Notes under the pieces: model-generated | The model's input: only the letters and a program-made list of their open reading frames with translations | What the model was told of the DNA's origin: nothing | Databases searched by the model: none | Translations under genes and position numbers: made by a program | IMG/VR virus record: IMGVR_UViG_3300028029_000006 | Location: 1 to 64,000 of that record | Length of the DNA stretch: 64,000 nucleotides | Source of the DNA: a virus | Strand: one strand, 5' to 3' | Shown: piece by piece, positions 47,912 through 56,986 of the stretch | Layout of the letters: each line of letters opens with the position of its first letter | Position numbering within the stretch: the first letter of the stretch is position 1

Positions 47912-48514
47912 GTGCCCAAACATTTTCACACTTTCTTCCCCAAAGCTGGAACGTGTTTTATTGTTAAAAATATAGCTCCCCAAGGGAAAAGAATTCGTAT
48001 CTTTAACTGCCCTATACCAAATGGGGAAGAAAAAGATCTATTAGCTATTCCTGAAATCTCAGAATCCGTTATCCGTCACTCCCTACTAAAAGGAGAACTA
48101 CGCATTAAAGGTGTTTGTCAAGAAATCTTAATAACTTGTAGTGATATCGATCTTACTCAATACAATGAAGAACAAAAAGCTTTTCTTATTAGTATTGGAA
48201 TTAGCGATGGCCTCGATGGACCAGGACAAACAGAAATCCCATTCTTATTCAAACAAGGCGCAGAACTATTAGGAACAAAAGATTCCTCTAATAGAATATT
48301 TACTACTCCAGATAAATTCATCAACGGAGCGTTTGGCGATAATGACTTCAGAATATCAGTAAAACATAATGGTAGAGATCTAATAGCTGGTTGCGATTTT
48401 ACCATGATAGAATCTGCTGGTCCAGGAACGGGATTCGATACATTAACCTTTATAACTTTTGTGCCAAATAGTACTAGCGAGTTATTTGCTGACTATGTTA
48501 CAGAAACAACATAA
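47912..48514 (+). CDS. Putative structural protein
   Basis: GTKDSSNRIFTT..NGRDL..DF..SELFADY beta-rich module typical of phage structural proteins. Confidence 0.5.
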   Translation: MPKHFHTFFPKAGTCFIVKNIAPQGKRIRIFNCPIPNGEEKDLLAIPEISESVIRHSLLKGELRIKGVCQEILITCSDIDLTQYNEEQKAFLISIGISDGLDGPGQTEIPFLFKQGAELLGTKDSSNRIFTTPDKFINGAFGDNDFRISVKHNGRDLIAGCDFTMIESAGPGTGFDTLTFITFVPNSTSELFADYVTETT

Positions 48515-48522
48515 AGGTTAAT

Positions 48523-49881
48523 ATGACAACTCGCAAAAATGCATTAGATCAACAATTAGATGTAAAAGGTTCATTAAACCAAAATTCATCTAAAAATCTA
48601 ACAGATGAAACCAATTTTTTTGGCCAAGCAATTACAGGTCAAACAGGATCTTCTATTAGTATTGATTCCGTCACTTCTGGAATCGTAACAACCTCTGGAT
48701 TAACAGGAATGTCCTCTGCCTCAATTGGTAGATTTATTACAATTACCAATGCAACTACACTTGCTAATAATGGCACTTTTTTAATTACATCTTTTATCTC
48801 TCCAACTTCAATTACTTATTCCAATTCATCAGCAATATCTCCCGATGCCAATAATGGCTCAATCTCTTGGACTGAAAGAGAACCATATTCATTAGAAGAC
48901 AATCTAAATTTCACCAGAACTGATAGAGCCAACATTAAAGGTACAAGTTTTGATGATGATATCCCTACTTACACAAGACCTGATGATACTCTAACAGATG
49001 TATCAGCAAATCTTACCAATATTGCCAGTAAAACATTAGATGCACACGCTTGGGTAGAATCAAGATTCCTTGAATCAATTTCTGTTTCGACTAGCGATAG
49101 CTTTATTACAGTTTCTGATCTAGGAAATCTAAAACACGCTGATTCTACTAATATTTTAGGCATCCCAATTACAGATGGCTATGATTCAGGAAATGAAAGA
49201 TCCGCATTCGTTGAAATTGTTGACGCAGAAATTGATGGTTATGGAGATGGCGCTAACCTTAGAGTTCTAAATGGCGCTAGAACCGGTGAAAGAATTATTG
49301 GATTAACAAGAGAAGGATCTTCCACTTCTCCTAACTCAGTTGAAATTGAATTTTTCTCCATTGTAGTTGGCAATTGGTCTCTATCTTCTCTTACCCCTTA
49401 TTCTTGGGAAGCAGATCAGCCAAATACTATCAATATTTGTTATGGATATAGGCAAAGATTAGACCTTTTTAATGAAAATGCTACTAGAGAAGGTCTTATT
49501 AAAGGTTATCTTAGTGATATTTATGGAACTGGTAATTCTGGAGGAGGTAGTGGAGGCGGTTTATCAGAAGAGCAACATAAAACTTTACGTCATTTAATTC
49601 ATTTTATTGATGATGGACCAGGGGATGGTTTTGCTTCAGGAGCATTTAAAGAAATTTTACCTCAAGGAAACCCATTTCATACATCCGAAACTTGGTATGT
49701 ATCAGCAGCTAAAACTAATAAAATTGTTGAACTAATTATTACTAGAGGATCTGGACAAAAACCCATTCTAGAAATTTGGAATATTTATGATACCGATGGA
49801 TCAACTATTTTAGCTTCAATATCTGACGCTATTTCTTATACAGGTCCATTTGAAGATTCTCGCACAAGAGTTATTAGCTGA
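48523..49881 (+). CDS. Putative tail/structural protein (Ser/Thr-rich)
   Basis: NNGTFLITS motif; Gly linker before C-terminal domain. Confidence 0.5.
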   Translation: MTTRKNALDQQLDVKGSLNQNSSKNLTDETNFFGQAITGQTGSSISIDSVTSGIVTTSGLTGMSSASIGRFITITNATTLANNGTFLITSFISPTSITYSNSSAISPDANNGSISWTEREPYSLEDNLNFTRTDRANIKGTSFDDDIPTYTRPDDTLTDVSANLTNIASKTLDAHAWVESRFLESISVSTSDSFITVSDLGNLKHADSTNILGIPITDGYDSGNERSAFVEIVDAEIDGYGDGANLRVLNGARTGERIIGLTREGSSTSPNSVEIEFFSIVVGNWSLSSLTPYSWEADQPNTINICYGYRQRLDLFNENATREGLIKGYLSDIYGTGNSGGGSGGGLSEEQHKTLRHLIHFIDDGPGDGFASGAFKEILPQGNPFHTSETWYVSAAKTNKIVELIITRGSGQKPILEIWNIYDTDGSTILASISDAISYTGPFEDSRTRVIS

Positions 49882-49912
49882 TTTATCATTAATTTAATAT
49901 ATAATTAGTTAA

Positions 49913-50581
49913 ATGAGAAACGTTGCAAAAATATTGTATGACGGATATGGGCAACCATTAGCGATCTTAGAAGATCAAACCATCTTTGGAGACCAACCTG
50001 GATTAATCTTCGCGGGAAAAGATGATAATGGCCTTGCTAGATTCTTTAGAGTTACAGATTCAGGAGCAATTAAAACCGTTTCTGGAGAAAGAACTGTTTT
50101 AGGAGAGTATTATTTTGGAAGTGACTTGATTCTAGGATCAGGCTCAATTCAAGATCTAATTACTCTAGAAAATCCAATTGGTTCTGGATTAAATCTATAC
50201 ATAAATAAAATAACCATTAATGGAACTGTAGATTCTAGATTCACAACCGCTTTTCTTTATAGAATTTCAAGAACTACTGGATTACCTTCCGGGGGAACAA
50301 CTCAAACACCTCAATTAAGAAACTCTAATGATACATCACCAACTGGAATTATAAGAACTTCAGCAATTGTAACTTCGGCAACCGGTAACTTATGGACAGG
50401 ATCTCCTGGTATAATGACAAAAGATGGAAGTCACAATGTTAGATTAGAAGCAATTGCTGCTTTTGAAGAGAAAAAAGAAATAGTTTTAATTCCTGGAGAA
50501 GGAGTAGTTATTAGCGCAGATCCTAACTCTTCTAGTTGGAGGCATTGGATTAATTTGCATTGGAATGAGGTATTAATCTAA
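49913..50581 (+). CDS. Putative structural protein
   Basis: Beta-rich; C-terminal EIVLIPGEGVVI..WNE. Confidence 0.5.
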   Translation: MRNVAKILYDGYGQPLAILEDQTIFGDQPGLIFAGKDDNGLARFFRVTDSGAIKTVSGERTVLGEYYFGSDLILGSGSIQDLITLENPIGSGLNLYINKITINGTVDSRFTTAFLYRISRTTGLPSGGTTQTPQLRNSNDTSPTGIIRTSAIVTSATGNLWTGSPGIMTKDGSHNVRLEAIAAFEEKKEIVLIPGEGVVISADPNSSSWRHWINLHWNEVLI

Positions 50582-51027
50582 TGGTTGATATATTTGATGT
50601 TTCATATACAGTTTTTAAAGAAGCTGCGACTAGATATACTGTTCATTATTTCTCTAGACCAGCTCTTGATGGATATACCTTAGGAACAGGAAATAAAGAC
50701 GTGGTTTATACTACTAATATTGTTGAATCTTCTGATGTTAATGATTTTATTAATAATCTACTATTAACTGCAGATGAGTCTGAAAAAGAAGGTGATGTTT
50801 TAGCTAAACCAACTCTATCTACTCAAGGAAATGTTCAAAAACAATATGATCTAACAGATCCAAGTTTTCTTTATATAGGAACTGCTAAACCTGGAGTCGC
50901 TACATCATCAATTGGCTGGACAATCATACGTCATGCTTTAGATAATAATGGAACTGTTGTTGATAAAAAAAGCACAGTTGCAGACATTGCTGTGTGGGAC
51001 GACAAAATCTTAGAAAATTATGTTTAA
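50581..51027 (+). CDS. Putative structural protein
   Basis: LYIGTAKPGVATSSIGWTIIR..WDD motif. Confidence 0.5.
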   Translation: MVDIFDVSYTVFKEAATRYTVHYFSRPALDGYTLGTGNKDVVYTTNIVESSDVNDFINNLLLTADESEKEGDVLAKPTLSTQGNVQKQYDLTDPSFLYIGTAKPGVATSSIGWTIIRHALDNNGTVVDKKSTVADIAVWDDKILENYV

Positions 51028-51042
51028 TATACGGATAATAAA

Positions 51043-52971
51043 ATGGCTATTTCTGGAATAACAACAACAGCAAATAATGGAGTTGAAAGAATAACTAATA
51101 AGCAAACTATCACAGGTATAGGAACTGCTGATGGCGAAACTTTAGTATTAGATGGAGGAACATCTACTCTTGAAACTGGAACATCAACAGGAACTGTGAC
51201 TATTACTAATTGTCAAGTTAAATTAGATTCAGATACACCTACAGGAAATGATGCCGCAGGAGCTATTAATTATGGAGGAAGAACTATAACTACAACCACA
51301 ATGGCCTTCCGAGATAGTTTAATTTTGTGTGGGCCTTTTACAGGACGTCATAATATTCAAGTAACCGAATTAACTAGAACTAAAGTTATTGAAGCAGATA
51401 ATACTGGAGAAATGTTTGTTTATACTGGGACAGATGCAATTATTGATGATGTATTGTTTAGAGGAATTAATGTATGGGAAGTTTTTGCCCCACCTTCAAT
51501 TCTTTTCAACGTTATTGTAGATGCCGTTGATTACGCATACCTAAATTGGGAAGGGGGAAGATTAGATTTTTTTAGTTTTGTTGTTTCCAATATTGGAATT
51601 GCTCATGCTTGGCACGGAACTGGAAATACCGGAAATAATTTTGTTTATCAGTGGAATCCTGATGTTAGTTGGGATCCTGAATTAATGTATTTAACTGATA
51701 CAAACAATAGAGTTTATATTGGGTATACTGCCACATGGAGATTTGCCGATAGAGATACAGGATCTTCAGTTGAAGATGCTTTATTAATATTTAATGATGA
51801 CAGAACTGGTAGTAGTTCAGAATTAGGTAGATTTACAACAAATAGTAGTGGTATATTAACCGGAACTTATGACTCACAAAATAATTCCTCAGGTGGAAAC
51901 ATAGAAAGACCAACATTATTTATACAAACGTTGGAAGTAGAATCAGTTGACGAAGGAAGTCCAGGAGCTTTTACATTTCCTGTATCTGTTATTGGTGGAG
52001 ATCAAGGCAATAGGCAAGCTAACTATGATATCGATACCATAACTCCAGAAATAGAAATTAGATCTTATCTACATGAATCTCCAACTGGTTTTGCTGTTGG
52101 TGATTCTTTTACTCCTACTGAAGAAATTGGAGCGATCGCATCAGATTTATCTGTAACTAGATTTCAAGATTTCCTTTTACCTCCTGATGCTGGGATTACT
52201 GTTAATAAAACAACCGCTGATGCTTACTCAGGATTAGCTGATCTAGAACAACTTTTTGATAGAACTAAAGCTGAATGGAGAGATAACGACGGTTTCCCAT
52301 TACCAATGAAAAATGGTGTTATTTTAGATTTTGGAGCAACTAATCTTGTTTTAGACGGAAATGCAGGGAGCACATTTGCTTTTGCTGGAAATACAATTAC
52401 AGTTGATACAAGTACATCTAGTATTCCACCTATATCTTTAGTAGGAACTACCGAATCTATTAGTTCTGGAGAAGATGACGAAATCACAATAGCTTTTCCT
52501 GGAGGAATTGCTGATGATGATTTTGCCATTATTATAGTCGGTCATGCTCAATCTGACGAAAATGCATGGAACACACCAACTGACTGGGCAATTCCTACCG
52601 GTTTAACTGAAGTTCAAACAGGAGGCTCTCCCGCCTCTATTCCTGGAATTAGCGTTTTCACTAAAGTTCTTTCTAGTGATAGCGGAAGTGTTACTATTAC
52701 TAATGTTGGAACAAATATTAGCGGAATAGTAGCTCAAATGAGAGTTTATAGAAATGTTGATACATCAGTTCCTATTGACGTTAACTCAACAACTGCATCA
52801 AATGCAACTGGGGATCCCAATCCTCCATCAATAACATCTGTTAATGATGGATCTATGATAATTGCTATTGGATTTCAAGATGATGGAGATCAAGCTGATC
52901 CAACTGTTCCAGCAGGATATGGTAACTTAGTTTCAACCGCAACATTAGATGGTGCAGGAACAGGAGAGTAA
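51043..52971 (+). CDS. Tail fibre/spike-like protein, N-terminal part
   Basis: Thr/Gly/Asp-rich beta protein; appears to end mid-domain at an in-frame TAA. Confidence 0.55.
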   Translation: MAISGITTTANNGVERITNKQTITGIGTADGETLVLDGGTSTLETGTSTGTVTITNCQVKLDSDTPTGNDAAGAINYGGRTITTTTMAFRDSLILCGPFTGRHNIQVTELTRTKVIEADNTGEMFVYTGTDAIIDDVLFRGINVWEVFAPPSILFNVIVDAVDYAYLNWEGGRLDFFSFVVSNIGIAHAWHGTGNTGNNFVYQWNPDVSWDPELMYLTDTNNRVYIGYTATWRFADRDTGSSVEDALLIFNDDRTGSSSELGRFTTNSSGILTGTYDSQNNSSGGNIERPTLFIQTLEVESVDEGSPGAFTFPVSVIGGDQGNRQANYDIDTITPEIEIRSYLHESPTGFAVGDSFTPTEEIGAIASDLSVTRFQDFLLPPDAGITVNKTTADAYSGLADLEQLFDRTKAEWRDNDGFPLPMKNGVILDFGATNLVLDGNAGSTFAFAGNTITVDTSTSSIPPISLVGTTESISSGEDDEITIAFPGGIADDDFAIIIVGHAQSDENAWNTPTDWAIPTGLTEVQTGGSPASIPGISVFTKVLSSDSGSVTITNVGTNISGIVAQMRVYRNVDTSVPIDVNSTTASNATGDPNPPSITSVNDGSMIIAIGFQDDGDQADPTVPAGYGNLVSTATLDGAGTGE

Positions 52972-53721
52972 ATGCCAGGACCAGGTTTACTATTAGCTTC
53001 AGCAGATTTTTTACAAACAACTGCGGGATCAGAAAATCCAGGAACTTTTAACTTTGTTAATAGTGATCCTTGGGGAGCTATAACTATTGCTCTTAGAAAA
53101 GGGGTAAACACAACCGCAATTTTAGCAACAGATAAATTTACAACCATTGAAACAACTGGTACTGTCACTATTCAAGATGGCGCTATTGTTGATAATTTGA
53201 TGTTTAATTCTGATGTCGTTATAGGAACTGTTACAGATCTTAATAATGTGATCATTAATGGAGATCTATCAATAACATTAGGAGGAACTTATAACTTCTC
53301 CAATGTTACCGTTACAGGAAATATAACTAATGATGATAATACTCAAAATGTTGCTATAATTGGAACAAATAATTCTTCTTTATCAACAAGTGAACCAGGA
53401 ACAGGTGCAACAGAAGTTGAAATAACTAACGCTGTTTTAATATTAGTAAAAGTTGTTAATGAAAAAGGGGGCAATGTTCCAAATGCACAAGTATTTGTTA
53501 GAAGAATAAGTGATTCAACTGTTTTATTAAATGCTGACACTAATGGATCTGGAGTAGCTTCAGCTCTTTATGATTTTACCATCTCTGAAGATGTAGAATA
53601 TTCTGTTAGAAAATCTTCTCCAGGAGATACAAGATATTTAGATGGCTCAGGAACAGGCTCCATCATTTCATCTGGATTCTCTGTAGTATCATTATTATTA
53701 ATTGATTCAAATATAGGTTAA
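52972..53721 (+). CDS. Tail fibre/spike-like protein, C-terminal part (same frame as upstream ORF)
   Basis: SD aggag; TAA-ATG junction; beta-helix-like repeats. Confidence 0.55.
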   Translation: MPGPGLLLASADFLQTTAGSENPGTFNFVNSDPWGAITIALRKGVNTTAILATDKFTTIETTGTVTIQDGAIVDNLMFNSDVVIGTVTDLNNVIINGDLSITLGGTYNFSNVTVTGNITNDDNTQNVAIIGTNNSSLSTSEPGTGATEVEITNAVLILVKVVNEKGGNVPNAQVFVRRISDSTVLLNADTNGSGVASALYDFTISEDVEYSVRKSSPGDTRYLDGSGTGSIISSGFSVVSLLLIDSNIG

Positions 53722-55318
53722 GAAAATGGCAATTACCAATATAGGAACAAATACAAGTAGTACCGGTAACTCATCAATACCATTAACGTTTAACCATACT
53801 CAAGTTGCTGGTTCAAATAGAGTTATTGTAGTTTTTGCAGGATCCGAAAATGCCAACGAAACTAGCACCTGGACAGTGACTTATGGTGGTCAAGCTATGA
53901 CCATTGTAGAAGCACAACAAGGAGCGGGTTTTGCCAATAATGCTTTAGTTTGTTACCTATTTGAAGCTGATTTACCAGGAGATGGTTCCAATACAATTTC
54001 AGTTACATTCTCTGGAACTTCTGGATCCCTTAATATTAACGCTTTCTGTGCAGAATATGATGGAGTTACTCAATTAATATCAGATACAGACATCGCTAAT
54101 ATAGGCAGTAACACTACTATTACTAATACTATTACTGGAGCAAATACAGACTTACTCTGTTCAACTCTATCCTCAGGCGCAACAGGTAGTTTCACCCATA
54201 GTGATAGTCAAAATGAATTAATAGATTTTAATGCAAGTAGCTCGGTGTTTTCCGCCACCGATTTATTAGCAACTGGAGCTATCTCTTCACTTACATCTAC
54301 ATTTAGTTCCTCCGCCAATAGATTAGCTAGAGCTTGTATAGTCTTTAATGAGGCCCCATCAGGCGGAAACTACGATCAAACCAGCTTCAGAGGTAGAAAC
54401 GATGATGGAACTGAAACAACAGCTACATGGAAAGCTGTTGCTAATACCAATTGGAATCAAAGACAAAATACAAATTTTAGAGTTAGATTTTTAATCCAAG
54501 AAGATGATGATGTTGAAGACCTTAATGTAGAATACCAATTACAATATAACTTAAATGCTGCAGGTTGGAATGATGTCAATGGAGCTTCAGCTGTTGTAAG
54601 ATCCTTCACATCACCAAACTTTGCAGATGGAGATAGTTGTACTCAACAAATTGGAGCAGGAACATTTATTGGATCCCAAAATGGAATGGATGAAGTTAAT
54701 GGCCTTGTTGGTGGGGCCAATATGGATTGGTCAACAACTATTAATGAAGAAACAGAAGTAGAATTTTGTTGCCAGATTAGAGGTGTTGATACAGAACGTG
54801 GAGATACTATAGAATTAAGATTACTACAAGAACCTGATATTGATTTTGGAACCTATACTTCAATTCCAACTATCACTATTCCTATTGGTGCGGGTTTAGT
54901 GTTAGCCTCATCTGATTTCTTTCAAACAACTGCGGGATCAGAAAATCCAGGTACATTTAACTTTGAAAGATCTTTACCGTGGGGAGCTATCACTATTGCT
55001 TTACGTCATTTAACTGGGGGAGCAACTAGTATGCTTCCAACAGATAAATTCACAACAATTGAAACTTCTGGCACAGTAACAGTTCAAGATGGCGCTACCA
55101 TTGATGATTTAATTTTCAATGATGATGTTGTTATAGGAACCGTTACCGATCTTACAAATGTGATTGTTAATGGAGATCTGTCAATAACAGCGGGAGGTAC
55201 TTATAACTTTTCTAACGTTACTGTCACGGGAGATATTACCAATGATGATAACACTCAAAACGTTGTTGTAATTGGAACAAACAATTCCTCCTTATCAACA
55301 AGTGAACCGGGAACAGGA
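52984..55318 (+). repeat. About 425-bp diverged direct repeat (52984-53406 and 54893-55318)
   Basis: Both encode QTTAGSENPGTFNF..WGAITIALR..TDKFTTIET..SLSTSEPGTG. Confidence 0.9.
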
Positions 55319-56044
55319 ATAACTCAAGTTGATATTCAAAATGTAGTTTCATTAATTATATCCGGTATGACTATTGGAAGTAGCGCTTCTATGATTGGAT
55401 TCGGAGGAATTGAAGATGAAAACGTTTTACTGTCTGGATACGCTGATAGCTCAGGTATTTTATCAGGAACATTTAGCGGAATAACTCCTCAAAATGTTTT
55501 CGTTAGAGCGAGAAATGGTGGAGTTATCGCAGCTGCAATTCAAGATGATGCCGGGGCTTTTACTGATTTTACTAATGAAGCAAGGGATAAGGCTGGTTCA
55601 AATGATGTGTTAATATTTCCCGCTACTCCAGCTGTTAATGATGCTTTTTATATGTCAGGTTTAAATGAATTTGAAGAAATCTTATTAAATGTAACAACTG
55701 CAGGCTCTGGAAATACTATAATTTGGGAATACTCACAAGGATCAAGTTCATGGAATACACTTTCTATTACTGATAATACATCTAGCTTTGAAACAACTGG
55801 TTGGAATACAGTCACATTCTCCAAACCTTCAGATTGGGCCACAGATACAGTCAATAGCTTGGGGCCATTCTTCTTTGTTAGAGCTAGAATTTCTGGCGTT
55901 AGTGCACCAACACAACCTGCCGCAGAAGAAATTACAATTAATAAAACTATTAAATATCTACCATTTGGTACCGTAGGAGTCATCTCTACTAACACAGGAT
56001 TAACTGTTCCAGTATCATGGGTTATTGATACTATTAATCCATGA
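53726..56044 (+). CDS. Multi-domain tail fibre/spike-like protein
   Basis: Ser/Thr/Gly-rich beta modules; contains second copy of duplicated segment. Confidence 0.55.
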   Translation: MAITNIGTNTSSTGNSSIPLTFNHTQVAGSNRVIVVFAGSENANETSTWTVTYGGQAMTIVEAQQGAGFANNALVCYLFEADLPGDGSNTISVTFSGTSGSLNINAFCAEYDGVTQLISDTDIANIGSNTTITNTITGANTDLLCSTLSSGATGSFTHSDSQNELIDFNASSSVFSATDLLATGAISSLTSTFSSSANRLARACIVFNEAPSGGNYDQTSFRGRNDDGTETTATWKAVANTNWNQRQNTNFRVRFLIQEDDDVEDLNVEYQLQYNLNAAGWNDVNGASAVVRSFTSPNFADGDSCTQQIGAGTFIGSQNGMDEVNGLVGGANMDWSTTINEETEVEFCCQIRGVDTERGDTIELRLLQEPDIDFGTYTSIPTITIPIGAGLVLASSDFFQTTAGSENPGTFNFERSLPWGAITIALRHLTGGATSMLPTDKFTTIETSGTVTVQDGATIDDLIFNDDVVIGTVTDLTNVIVNGDLSITAGGTYNFSNVTVTGDITNDDNTQNVVVIGTNNSSLSTSEPGTGITQVDIQNVVSLIISGMTIGSSASMIGFGGIEDENVLLSGYADSSGILSGTFSGITPQNVFVRARNGGVIAAAIQDDAGAFTDFTNEARDKAGSNDVLIFPATPAVNDAFYMSGLNEFEEILLNVTTAGSGNTIIWEYSQGSSSWNTLSITDNTSSFETTGWNTVTFSKPSDWATDTVNSLGPFFFVRARISGVSAPTQPAAEEITINKTIKYLPFGTVGVISTNTGLTVPVSWVIDTINP

Positions 56045-56940
56045 CAAAAAAACATACAAATTTAACTTTTATTAAAAAAGCTAATATTATTCATAATAAC
56101 AAATATAATTATTCAAAAATTAATTATATAAATAATAGAACTAAAATAATTATTAATTGCAAAATTCATGGAGATTTTAATCAATCTCCAGACAATCACC
56201 TAAGAAAAAAAGGATGCCCTACTTGCGGATCTATTAAAACAAAAACTTCACAAAGAAAAAATACGAACAACTTTATTAAAGAATCTAAACTTATTCATAA
56301 CAATAAATATTCTTATAATAAAACAAATTATATAAACTCACTTTCTTCAATTATTATAATTTGCCCTACTCATGGTAAATTCAAACAACTACCAAATAAT
56401 CATTTACAAGGAAAAGGATGCTCACAATGTGGAGGCTCCAATAAAAAAACATTAAAAGAATTTATTAATCAAGCAAACTCCATTCATAATAACAAATATA
56501 ATTATTCTAAATCTAAATACATAAACTCAAATACTAAAACTATAATTATTTGTAAAATTCATGGAAAATTTCATCAAACCCCTGCTGCTCATATTAATCA
56601 ATCTCAAGGATGCTTTAAATGCTGTAATTGGGCCTCACAATTAGAAAGCAATTGGCTTGATTCAATTAATATATTACCAGAAAATAGACATAAAAGAATT
56701 AAAATTAAAAACAAATTATTTATTGCAGATGGGTTTAACCCAAATACTAACACCATTTATGAATTTTATGGCGATTATTGGCATGGGAATCCAAAGGTTT
56801 ATAAACCAAATATTATTAACAAAACTAGGAACTGTACATTTGGTGAACTTTATAAAAATACAATTAATAGAGAGTTAATATTAAAAGAGGCTGGGTATAA
56901 TTTAATTATAATTTGGGAATCAGATTGGAATAATAAATAG
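56041..56940 (+). CDS. Homing-type endonuclease: three HxxKYxYS..CxxHG..CxxC repeats plus Vsr/EDxHD-like nuclease
   Basis: Repeats visible; C-terminal ADGF..YEFYGDYWHG..IIWESDW. Confidence 0.75.
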   Translation: MTKKHTNLTFIKKANIIHNNKYNYSKINYINNRTKIIINCKIHGDFNQSPDNHLRKKGCPTCGSIKTKTSQRKNTNNFIKESKLIHNNKYSYNKTNYINSLSSIIIICPTHGKFKQLPNNHLQGKGCSQCGGSNKKTLKEFINQANSIHNNKYNYSKSKYINSNTKTIIICKIHGKFHQTPAAHINQSQGCFKCCNWASQLESNWLDSINILPENRHKRIKIKNKLFIADGFNPNTNTIYEFYGDYWHGNPKVYKPNIINKTRNCTFGELYKNTINRELILKEAGYNLIIIWESDWNNK

Positions 56941-56986
56941 TAATATTATTACATGAAATTGGAAAACCACTTGTGGAGAAAATTTT

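Noticed and set aside
47909-47914. In-frame TAA-GTG junction as readthrough
   Set aside because: Downstream gene has its own SD-like gagg and no domain appears split across the stop.
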